This document shows positions 21,754 to 32,630 of a DNA stretch of 64,000 nucleotides, one piece after another. Made by a program: the position numbers and the translations under genes. Location of the stretch: positions 15,128,001-15,192,000 of the forward strand of contig JBHGNT010000017.1 in assembly GCA_043228905.1 (NCBI GenBank), written 5' to 3'. The stretch comes from Azolla caroliniana. Its lineage: Eukaryota; Plantae; Polypodiophyta. The notes beneath the pieces were generated by a model. The model did not search any database and had not been told where the DNA came from. It saw nothing but the letters and a program-made list of their open reading frames with translations. Each line of letters starts with the position of its first letter. Within the stretch, counting starts at the first letter, position 1.

Positions 21754-24700
21754 ATGACTCAGAATAACATGTACCCGATGTCATCCGCTCAAGCGGAAGG
21801 AACTCAAGGAAATCCTCCTGGAGCAATCTCCATTGAGTCATATTTCTTACAAATACAAAATTTCCTTAGTTCAACCGCTCATCGGATGTCCGAACTTAGG
21901 CAATCTCAAAGTTCTCTTGAGGCATGTGCCATTAGTTTACAACGTGAGACTAATAGACCCGATGAGTGGCAAGGTGAACCATCATTTGTCGTAAAACCAT
22001 TTACAAGAGATAAAAAGGAAAGAACCGAAGAAGCAATCTACACGTGGTTGGGCCGATAGGAGTCTCATTTTAAGCTCTATCGCACGCCAGATAGTACGAA
22101 GATTGCATATGTTGGCTGAGAACTAGGGGGTAAGGTCGCCGCCTGGTGGTGTGGGCTTCGAACTTTGGGGAAATTGCCCGATACCCGGACAGATTTTGTC
22201 ACAGTTTTTAAGGGCCAATTTCTACAACCTCCCTCTTGAACTGAGGCAGCACAAGCCTTAATGGACCTCTCTAGCAAGAAGTTTTCCTCGCTAGAAGACT
22301 ATGTCCACCATGCTAGAACCCAAATCCAAAAATCGGGTCTAGAAGGGGACAATTGGTTAATAGCTTGTTTTGTCAATGTCATCCCCAATTCTGACTATCA
22401 CTGGATAGTGCACAATAAGGATCCAAAATCCTTCGAAGAGGCCATTGAAATAGTTCTTCGCTATCAACGCACTTCGGAGAAAGACCATAACAAACCCGGG
22501 ACTAAGTAGTTGCAATTCACTGGGAAACGCAAGACACCCAACGAATTCATGGATCGCGATTGTAAGCGACAACATCCTTTTTGCGTATTCTGCAAAAAGA
22601 AGGGTCATACAAAGGAACAATGTCGAAAGCTCCAACGGAAAGAGCACGACAGCAAAGCTAAAGTTGTAGACCATAAAGGTCAGATTCCTAATGTCCTACA
22701 GGTCTATACACATCATTTAAGTAATTGTCAACGTTCTTTCCCTCACTATGTATTGGGACCCAATGATTTACTACGTGCAAACGGGTAAGTCAATGGATCT
22801 CCCATACAATTTTTATTTGATTCGGGAAGCTCACACAATTTTGTGAATGATTGTTTGGTTCAGATATGGGGAATCCAACCCACCGTAAGTGATCACACCT
22901 ATAGGGTAGTCTTGGCTAATGGAAGAGTACAATACATCAACGGGGCAATTCATTCATTAGGAATTTCAATTGATACTTATGTAGAGGAAGTAGACTTCCA
23001 TGTAATGAATCTTTGTAACACTGATGTAATACTAGGTTATCCCTGGTTTTATAATAAAAACTCTTCTTTGTCTATTGATTGGGTTCATCATTCCATTTCC
23101 TTTGTACTAAACGATTGTACCTATTTTATTCAATGTGTAAATAAACAATCCCTTTCAATTGTTTCCTCTCCATCAATATTTGAGTTGTCTTGTTCTTCTT
23201 TATTTTATTGTGTACTTGATCCGAACATTCACATTTATAATATTGATAACGTCTCGGGTCAATTGACATATTTTGAACAACAACTCGATAAAATCTTAAA
23301 TGATTTTCATGATATTTTTCCGAGTGAACTACCACATTGGTTACCTCCTAAACGTAATATAGACCATCGTATAGATATTGTACATGGTGTCGCACCAATA
23401 ACTATACCTCCTTATCGCTTAAGTTGATTTGAAGAGGATGAGGTATCTAAGCAACTCAAGGACTATTTACGAATGGGTTATATACGTTATAGTAAATCTC
23501 CCTAGGGTGCACCTGTTCTCTTGGTAAAAAAGAAACAAGGAACATGGCGTATGTGTATTAATTACCGACACTTTAATAAATTGACAATCAAGAATTCATA
23601 TCCATTGCCCCGGGCTGACAACCTAATTGACTGTCTCTAGGCAGCTTGGTATTTTACGAAACTTGATCTTCATACGGGCTACCATCAAATTCGTATAAGT
23701 GAGGATGATGTTCCTAAAACGGCATTTCGTACGCGCTATGGGCATTATGAGTTTTTGGTTATGCCTTTTGGTTTGACCAACGCTCCAGCCACATTTCAAC
23801 AAGAAATGAATGAAATTTCCCGAGAACAACTTGGAAAATTTGTTGTTATTTTCTTGGATGATATTTTAGTTTATAGTCGTACATTAGAAGAACATGTTAA
23901 ACATGTCCACTTTGTTTTACAAACATTGCGCAACAAGTAATTCTACGCGAAAATCTCAAAATGCGAGTTCTTCAAGAAATCAATTACTTATCTTAGACAT
24001 CTCATAACTGAACGAGGAGTTGAAATTGATCTGTCTCGCATCGAGAAAATCAAACTTTGGCCCACTCTTCAAAATATTTGAGAAGTTTGATCATTCCTTG
24101 GTTTTGTCGGGTTTTTACGAAAATCCCTTCGTAATTACTCCCAATTGACGACGTCGTTTACTGATCTTCTGAAAGGTCAAACGCGTAAGTCTACAAAACC
24201 TATTGTGTGGAATGCTACACTAGACCTTGGCTTTAAGGAACTCAAGGACCTAGTGTGCAAGGCTCCTTCGCTTCTTTTACCTGATCCTTCAAAACCTTTT
24301 GAAGTTGAAACCGATGCAAGCGATTATGCTATAGGTGTTGTCTTATATCAAGATGGTAAACCAATAGCATTTGAGAGTAAGAAACTTGATTCTGCTCAAT
24401 GTCGGTATACGGTTCAAGAAAAGGAATTATTTGTAGTTATACATGCACTCAAAACATGGCGCCATTATCTTTATGGAAATCGTTTTGTCGTAACTACGGA
24501 CCACGAGTCCTTGAAATATTTTTGTGACCAACAAGGCATGAAAGGTCGTAAGGCACGATGGGTTGATCTCATCCATGACTTTGATTTTTCCATACGATAT
24601 CGTAAAGGTTCCATGAACATTGTGCACTAAGTCACATCCGTGAAGTTAACATGCTTAGCTTCACTAAAATAACATCAGATCTTTAAGATCACCTTCAAGG

Positions 24701-25575
24701 AAAGTATCCTGATAATAGTTATTTTGCGATATACTGGGCAAGAGTTGAGTTTGGAACAGACACCACCACATCCTCGAAGGAATCCTTCCACATTGCTAAT
24801 GGTCTGCTCTACCGTAATGGGAAGGTTTGTGTTCCAAATTTGCCTGAGGTCAAAAAGAGAATTCTTTTTTAATGCCATGATGCACCCTCTACATGGCACC
24901 CTGGAATACATCGTACACTCGTTCTCATCTCCACTCAATTCTATTGGCCTAAGATGCGTCCTGACATACATAGCTATGTGACTAAATGTCACCAATGTCA
25001 GGTTAACAAAGCCGCAGGACTTTTACATCCCTTGGACATTCCCAATAATAAGTGGGAAAGTATATCCATGGATTTTATTGTTAGCCTTCCTCGCACCCAA
25101 AAAGGCCATGATGCCTTCTAGGTTGTGGTTGATAGACTAACTAAAATGGCCAGATTTATTGCTACTAAAACCACAGTAACAGCTCCTGAATTGGGTTACC
25201 AATTCGTTGACAAGTTATTTCGTGTTTATGGGTTACCGATGGATATCGTGAGTGATCGAGATCCAAAGTTTACTAGTGACTTCTAGACGCAAGTCTTTAA
25301 GAAGTTAGAAACTACATTGAGCATTAGCTCCACGGATCATCCTCAACGAGTAAATCAAATTATTGAGGACATGCTTTGAGCATATGTTGGTGCAAAACCA
25401 ACAAAATGGGAACGTTATCTCCCAATTTTGGAGTTTGCTTATAACAGCTCCAAGCATACGTCAACGGGATATAGTCCTTTTACGTTGATGTATAGTTTTC
25501 AGTCATGAGCCCCGATTGATGTTAATATACATCATGATGAGTTGCGAAGTACGCAAAACTTTCTTCAGGATATGT
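21754..25575 (+). pseudogene. Chromovirus gag-PR-RT-RH-IN (stop-riddled; one frame to ~24630)
   Basis: CVFCKKKGHTKEQC; FLFDSGSSHNF; [14 protein letters not shown]; FLDDILVYS; ETDASDYAIG; EKEL; SISMDFIVSLP; continues at 31265-31377 and 31736-32170. Confidence 0.92.
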
Positions 25576-25870
25576 TGTCATGATATGGCAAGACTCGAAC
25601 CCATGACCTTAGGTTATATGGGTCGAGCTCTTAACCATTAGATCATCTATTGTAATACGTAGGATATTATTTTCATTTACATTTTATTATAGGAAATTAG
25701 TGTATATTCCAGATTTCTTTGGAACATTCTAGAAGCTTTAGGATTACTCCTGAAAACACTATAAAAGAGGGCACTAGGCATTATGTTGAACCAAATTGGT
25801 TCAACGCCAGTCTTAAGCCTTTTAGCCACCATTGTATGTTCTCTTCATATAATACATATCTTTCTTATCA

Positions 25871-25905
<35 letters not shown>

Positions 25906-26025
25906 CTCTCTCTTTCTCTCTGTCTCGCTCACTTCTTCCTTCTCTCGAAGAAGTTCCACACCTCTCATAGTACTAATCCTTCATTTAGTACAAATTCCTT
26001 CTCTGTCTCAGTACTGTTCATGACA
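25576..26025 (+). repeat. 5' LTR of the Tcn1-like element
   Basis: Repeated at 30827-31264 with ~7 substitutions outside the (CT)n tract; TATAAAA at 25760. Confidence 0.93.
25580..25650 (-). promoter_or_regulatory. tRNA-like A/B-box cassette at the LTR U3 tip (also in the 3' LTR, ~30831-30901)
   Basis: Minus strand: TGATCTAATGG (A-box-like, 25635-25645) ... GGGTTCGAGTC (B-box, 25592-25602) at tRNA-like spacing. Confidence 0.6.
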
Positions 26026-26099
26026 GTATGAACCAATTTTCCCTACCTTCTGTCTCTCTCATTTCCTACTAATCTTTTATTCCTCTTTTCTTTCATCCC

Positions 26100-27251
26100 A
26101 TGGCCACTGTTAGCGCTGAAGAATATCAATCTGTTTTCTCGGAATTTCAATGCTTGAAGGAGAAGTTCCATGCTTTGGAACAAGAAAACCAACGGTTGCT
26201 GGGGGATCTTCAGCAAATCTCCTTAGAAAAGCAGCAAAGGCAACAACAACATGGGGAACTTGCGTTACGCGTGCAACAACTCGAAGCAACCATCATAGTG
26301 ATGCAATAACAAGGGCCCGGAACACAAGGGATTCATAAAGAACCCAAGATTGTCCTTCCCACGAAGTTCGATGGAACGCGATCGCAGTTTAGAGGGTTCC
26401 TTAACCAGGTACGATTAGTTATTAAAATGCATCCTTCCCGATATCCCACCGATGCATCACGAGTGGGTTTAGTAGGCACTTTGTTAAGTGGCTCAGCGTT
26501 GTCATGGTTCGCTCCACTATTAGAAAAGGAATCTCCGTTACTCAACAATTTTGAAGAGTTTCTAGGTGAGTTTAAAGCATGTTTCGAAGATACTGACAGC
26601 ATCAGGACCGCAATCAACAAAATCCGGTGATTACGCCAAGGTGACCGTCCAGCCTCCGCATACGTTGCAGATTTTCGCCTACTCGCCGCCGATATCCCTT
26701 GGGATGATCAAGCGTTGATGGAGCAATTCCATTATGGTTTACGCAACGACGTCAAGGATTTACTATTGACCTTCCCCGAAGAGCCAAAGTCCTTAACAGA
26801 AGCAATTAGTCGCACGGTGAGATGTGACAACCACCTCTTTGAGCGACGTTCGGAACGACAGCTACAGATGCCGAGGGCAAGATTAGAGCCCACCTACGCC
26901 TCAATGGTAGCAAGACCTTTTCCGAGGGAGTCATATAATGCGCCTCCAGCGAATACTCCGACTCCAATGGAGATTGACACTACACGTCGTCGAGGGCCAT
27001 TATCCGAAGAAGAAAAGCAACGACGCCGTACAAATCGACTATGTCTTTATTGCGGTGGACCAGGACATATCACAATAAATTGCCCCCATAGGCCAAGAAG
27101 ACAGGTAAACCAAATAGTCGCTAGTTCTAATTGTACTAAATCCGAGCCTATTTCAGTAGGGATATCTGATAGTCCTAATAGTACTAATATCCCAGATCTA
27201 GCAAACAAATTTGATGTCCTTAATCAGTTAGAAGAAGAGTTAAACGACTAA
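26100..27251 (+). pseudogene. gag of the Tcn1-like element (two in-frame stops)
   Basis: One frame from ATG 26100; TAA at 26307, TGA at 26628; PTPMEID and CLYCGGPGHITINC motifs. Confidence 0.9.
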
Positions 27252-27290
27252 GTCCAGCCAAAATAGGAGCCGTTTGGTTGGACAGCCCTA
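27239..27290 (+). promoter_or_regulatory. -1 programmed ribosomal frameshift signal (slippery heptamer plus stem/pseudoknot)
   Basis: G_TTA_AAC in the gag frame, 6-nt spacer, 11-bp stem GTCCAGCCAAA/TTTGGTTGGAC, loop TAGG complementary to downstream CCTA; the -1 frame is open into pol. Confidence 0.8.
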
Positions 27291-30200
27291 GATCTGTGCA
27301 GCCCATTAGTGGTTCCATTCCCTCTAAGCAAGTTAGTGATGTGTTCATAGCCCAAGTAATAGTTAGTACTAAAAGTACCCCTCCAGTACATGTCCTAGCA
27401 CTCCTAGATTCCAAAGCTAACTCTTGCTTTATGGATAAGAAATTTGCTCAAGCTCATAAGATATCCCTAAGAAAACTCCAGTGTCCAACCTCTGTAGTAG
27501 TCATTGATGGACGTCCCATTGCTTCCGGAAATATCATAGAAGAGTCAAAGCCCATTAATATTGTCCTAGATAACTTAGCATGTGTAGTATCATTTAATAT
27601 TATTAGTATCCCAGAACATCCTATAGTTTTAGGATTACCGTGGTTCGAGTTACATAACCCAAACATAGATTGGAGAACAAGAGAAATCCGGTGTCGACAA
27701 ACCCAAGGGTCAACTCAGAAGATGGCAACCATTTCGCTACGTCAGTTGCGTAAAGAAGGGCGCAAGGAGGAAATGTTCCTCTTTGCAATATCAGTAAACC
27801 CCTCCAGCACCACTAAAGAAGAATCCACCGTTCAACTTCCCGAGAAGTATCGTCATTACGCCGATGTGTTCGATAAAGTACAAGCCAACACACTTCCTCA
27901 TCATCGACCGTACGATTGCCCCATCGATTTACAACCAGGAAAAGAGCTGCCATGGGGACCGATCTACAATTTGTCACCAACCGAGCTGGAAGTCCTTCGG
28001 GCCTATATAGAGGAGAATTTGGAAAATGGTTTCATTCGGCATTCGAAATCTCCAGTCGGCGCACCCATTTTCTTCGTCAAAAAAAAAGATGGATCACTTC
28101 GTCTCGTTGTAGATTACTGTGGCTTGAATAAGGTTATAATCAGGAATAGGTATGCTCTTCCCCTTATCTCAAGTCTTTTAGAACGGATCAATGGTGCCAG
28201 GTTCTTCACAACGATCGACTTACGGCGAGCATATAACCTCGTACGGATCCAACCAGGAGATGAATGGAAGACCGCGTTTCGCACCAGATATGGGCACTTC
28301 GAGTATACGGTCATGCCGTTCGGCCTCACTAATGCGTCGGCAGTCTTCCAGCACATGGCTAATGATATATTCCGAGATCTATTGGATGATTGTTTGATCA
28401 TCTATTTGGATGATCTACTGGTTTATTCAAAGACCCAAGAAGAACATGATTCTCATGTACTATTAGTACTAAAACGACTTCGAGAACATGGTCTGTATGC
28501 AAAGCTGGAAAAATGTAGTTTCGGGTGCAACCAAGTGGAATTTCTCGGCTACATCATTTCATCAGAAGGATCTCCATGGACCCAGCTAAGGTCAAAACGG
28601 TGGTAGAATGGCAAACTCCGCGTTCGGTGCGGGATGTGCAATGCTTCTTAGGCTTTGCCAATTTTTACCGGAAGTTCATACAAGATTGCTCAAAGATCAT
28701 TCTACCTCTCACACAACTTACCAGGAAGGGACAACCATTCATCTGGTCTGAAGAAACGGGCATGGCTTTCGAGAGTCTTAAAAAGGCATTTACATCGGCT
28801 CCAATTCTAGCTCATGTCGATCCGGAAAAACCATTCATTATCGAAGCTGACGCATCGGATTTTGCATTGGGGAGCATTCTGTCACAACAGGGGAATGATG
28901 AGAGGCTACATCCTGTGGCTTTTCACTCACGCAGGTTTGACGCTGCCGAAATCAACTACGAAATTCATGATAAGGAGCTATTGGCAATAGTGGATTCTTT
29001 TATGCAATGGAGGCATTTTCTGGAGGGATCCTCTCATCCAGTCACCGTATTTAGTGACCACAAGAATCTTGCCTACTTTTAGGATGCTCGTGTGTTGAAT
29101 CGACGTCAAGCTCGGTGGGCCCACTTCCTCACGCGTTTCGACTTCAAAATTACATATCGTCCGGGGAGGCACCAAGGGAAGGCAGATGCATTATCACGGC
29201 GTTCGTATCTAGCACCCCGTCCCGGCGAGCCAGCTTTCGATAACCAAAAACAAGTCATCTTGGGACCGGCACGACTACAAGCAACACAGATCTTTGACAT
29301 GCCTATGGATTCCCGCATTATCGATACCATACGTGAAGACTTGAAGACAGATGCGTTCGCCCAAGCTATACTAGCACAAATTGATCCCTCTCGAGCATCG
29401 TGTTCACAGTCGCAACCACCAGGTACGGACTATTGGCAATTCAAATACCATGATGGATTACTCTTCTTTAAAGAACTTTTGTATGTTCCTAATGGTTCTT
29501 GCCGCCTTCGAGTAGTACAAAACTGTCATGACACATATACAGCTGGGCATTTTGGTAGTACTAAAACATTACATTTAGTACAACGAATATTCTGGTGGCC
29601 TTGTATGCGACAATTTGTCGAGGATTTTGTTCGGACTTGTGATACATGTTGCAGAGCGAAAATGCCAAGGCATCATCCATATGGTTTATTAGAACCATTA
29701 CCAATTCCAAGCAAGTCGTGGCAATCCATTGCTCTAGACTTCATCACAGATCTTCCAGTCTCTAAGGGGTTCAATGCGATTCTAACGGTGGTCGATCGAT
29801 ATACGAAGATGGCTCATTTCTTGCCATGTACTAAGGAGATCTCCAGTGAAGACACTGCCGAAATTGTCATGTGTGAAGTATGTCGGCATCATGGACTTCC
29901 CGATAGTATCATCAGCGACCGTGGACCCCAGTTCGTGTCAAAATTTTGGAAGCACCTTTTTAACATGCTCAAGGTCACTTGTAACCTCTCCTCCGGCTAC
30001 CACCCACAAACCGACGGCCAAGCTGAACGAACAAATCAAACGTTGGAGCAGTATCTGCGGTGCTTTCTCAACTATCATCAAGATGACTGGGCAGATATTC
30101 TCCACTTCGCCGAATTTGCCTAGAACAACTCTATCCACGCATCCACTAAAGTTACGCCATTTTATGCTTATACGGGATGTCACCCCCAGTGGAGTGTACT

Positions 30201-30834
30201 TGAAACCCCAGAGGTGTCCACAAATCTGTGCGCAGAGGATCGTTTGGAGCAGTTACGCAAGATACAAGCGGATTTATCTACTCATCTCCAACAAGCTCAA
30301 CAAACACACAAGGTCTACGCGGATCTTCATCGACTTCCATCCAGTTTTAATATTGGAGATCGGGTGTGGCTGCTACAACGACACATCAAGACTACTCGTC
30401 CATGTGAGAAGTTAGATTATCGGCGATTAGGTCATTTCCGTATTATTGGACAGATTAATGATGTTGCTTTTCGTCTCGATCTACCTCCTCAACTTCGGAT
30501 ACATCCGGTGTTTCATAGTTCTCTCCTTGAACCCTACCACGAGAGCACCATCCCAGGACGTCTTATCCAACCTCCACCCCCGATCGAGCTTGAAGATGGG
30601 CCGGAGTACGAGGTTGCCGCCATCCTTGATTCCAAGATTGTTCGCAACAAGCTCTACTATCTAGTCGATTGGCTAGGCTATAGCCCCAGCGAACGTACTT
30701 GGGAACCGATCGAGAATGTGACCAATGCTCGTGCTCTTCTTGAAGACTTTCATCGTCAATATCCACACAAACCAGGTCCTCAATCCAAGACGACTCGTGA
30801 CACTCGTCGTTTTAAAGGGGGGATGTTGTCATGA
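27239..30834 (+). pseudogene. pol (PR-RT-RH-IN-chromodomain) of the Tcn1-like element
   Basis: ALLDSKANSCF, YLDDLLVYS, EADASDFALG, HDTYTAGHFG, ALDFITDLP, QTDGQAER; a frameshift near 28570 and stops at 29080 and 30121. Confidence 0.92.
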
Positions 30835-31121
30835 TATGGCAAGACTCGAACCCATGACCTTAGGTTATATGGGTCGAGCTCTTGACCATTAGATCATCTA
30901 TTGTAATACGTAGGATATTATTTTCATTTACATTTTATTATAGGAAATTAGTGTATATTCCAGATTTCTCTGGAACATTCTAGAAGCTTCAGGATTACTC
31001 TTGAAAACACTATAAAAGAGGGCACTAGGCATTATGTTGAACCAAATTGGTTCAACGCCAGTCTTAAGCCTTTTAGCCACCATTGTATGTTCTCTTCATA
31101 TAATACATATCTTTCTTATCA

Positions 31122-31168
<47 letters not shown>

Positions 31169-31264
31169 CACTTCTTCCTTCTCTCGAAGAAGTTCCACAC
31201 CTCTCATAGTACTAATCCTTCGTTTAGTACTAATTCCTTCTCTGTCTCAATACTGTTCATGACA
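30827..31264 (+). repeat. 3' LTR of the Tcn1-like element
   Basis: Preceded by PPT AAAGGGGGGA; direct repeat of 25576-26025. Confidence 0.93.
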
Positions 31265-31377
31265 TATGCAAGATATGTTGCATATTGCACAAGATAATAT
31301 AAAAACAACTCAAGATAGAGCGCGTTTTTACGCCGATCATAATAGGCAACCTTGTGTATTCAACCCTGGACAGAAGG

Positions 31378-31735
31378 TGTCACATACAAGTATAATAGAG
31401 TAGAACGAAGATAAGACTGGAGAACAAGAGAGAGGAAAAGAACAATAACTCAACTTATAGAATCAAGGTGCAGATGAGTATTTATAGAAGAGGGTAGGGC
31501 TATGTAAGCTAGCTAGAAATAGAGTGCATGAGGATGCATGCAATAGAGTACGCATGAGGATGCATGCAATAGAGAATGCATGTAAGCTAGGAACTTCCAA
31601 TGTTCAATCTACACTATATGAAGTTGAATTAAATACAATGATGCATATGTAGCTCAAGTGGTAGGATTTGCCCAATAGAGACCATGAGATCTTGGGTTCA
31701 ATCCCTACCTTCCTCTGTGGCATATGTCTATGACA
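31378..31735 (-). mobile_element. Solo LTR with a tRNA-like cassette at its U3 tip
   Basis: TGTCA...TGACA; TSD GAAGG at 31373-31377 and 31736-31740; TATA on the minus strand; plus-strand TAGCTCAAGTGG (31650) and GGGTTCAATCC (31694). Confidence 0.9.
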
Positions 31736-32175
31736 GAAGGTATTTTTACATGTACCTCACAATTCTAAGACATTGTCTATGGGTAAGTGCGCTAAGTTAG
31801 CCCCACGGTTTTGTGAACTTTTTCAAGTCCTCAAACGCATTGGTTCATCAGCCTATCATCTCACTCTTCCCGATGGCTTTGAAATCCATCCAGTTTTTCA
31901 TGTAAGTCGTCTAAAAGAACTTCTAGGTTCTAGTGGCAATCGAGTTACAGCTGAAACTCTGGTTACTTCTGAAGAATTATCTTCTAAACCACATGTACCA
32001 GAAAGAATTCTCGATGTTAAAACAAAAAATCTGCGTACTAAAATAATCCGAGAATTTAAAATTAAATGGATGGATAGATCTATCAAAGATGCCACATGGG
32101 AACACGAAAATACTCTTAGAACTAACTTCCCTAACTTTCCACTACAAGAGTGCAATGTTTTAAAGAGGGGGAGTA

Positions 32176-32625
32176 TGTTACGAGCATGACCATATAATAT
32201 CCCATGGTGAGAATTTATCGTACTATTCTATACACGTGGATAAGTGTGCGGGTTAAACGAGAGTGTAAAGAAGGGAAGGATTACTTTTAATCCTCGGGAT
32301 TGAGACAACCCATTACGCCAAGTGTGAACTTGCCTGGAGGCCTTGGGTATCGCTATAAATATGAGGCCTACCTACCCTCATTTCATGATATCTTGACTAC
32401 ATCAAGACTTTGTTTCGTGGTGGGTCAACTCTTGTCGCAAGCACGCCAGCACTAGGTACGACTCGATGCCACGGCGGTGGTATGGGACGCCGATCGAGGC
32501 TCAAGTCTGTCTCGATCCCTTCGCTCGGGGGTGGTAGGGTGGATCGGCACCCTTCTTTCTCTCTCCTTTCTATCTATCTATCTTTTATCCTTATCATATG
32601 CTTACTTTAGATCATAACTCTAACA
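32176..32625 (+). repeat. 3' LTR of the chromovirus
   Basis: Direct repeat of 19469-19920, more diverged than the LTR pair of the nested Tcn1-like element. Confidence 0.93.
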
Positions 32626-32630
32626 GTATC

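Larger units (their letters stand above)
25576..31264 (+). mobile_element. Tcn1/Tf1-sushi-like chromovirus, near full length
   Basis: LTRs 25576-26025 and 30827-31264 (TGTCATGA...TCATGACA); TSD TATGT/TATGC; no tRNA PBS; PEG10/sushi-like gag EPKIVLPTKFDGTRSQFRGFLNQ; canonical chromodomain EYEVAAILDS...YYLVDWLGY...TWEP. Confidence 0.93.
19469..32625 (+). mobile_element. Ty3/gypsy chromovirus (iMet PBS, single gag-pol frame), decayed, with two nested insertions
   Basis: LTRs 19469-19920 and 32176-32625; TSD GTATC at 19464-19468 and 32626-32630; PBS TGGTATAAGAGC at 19923; PPT AAAGAGGGGGAG ~32162; chromodomain PERILDVK...EFKIKW...DATWE. Confidence 0.95.
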
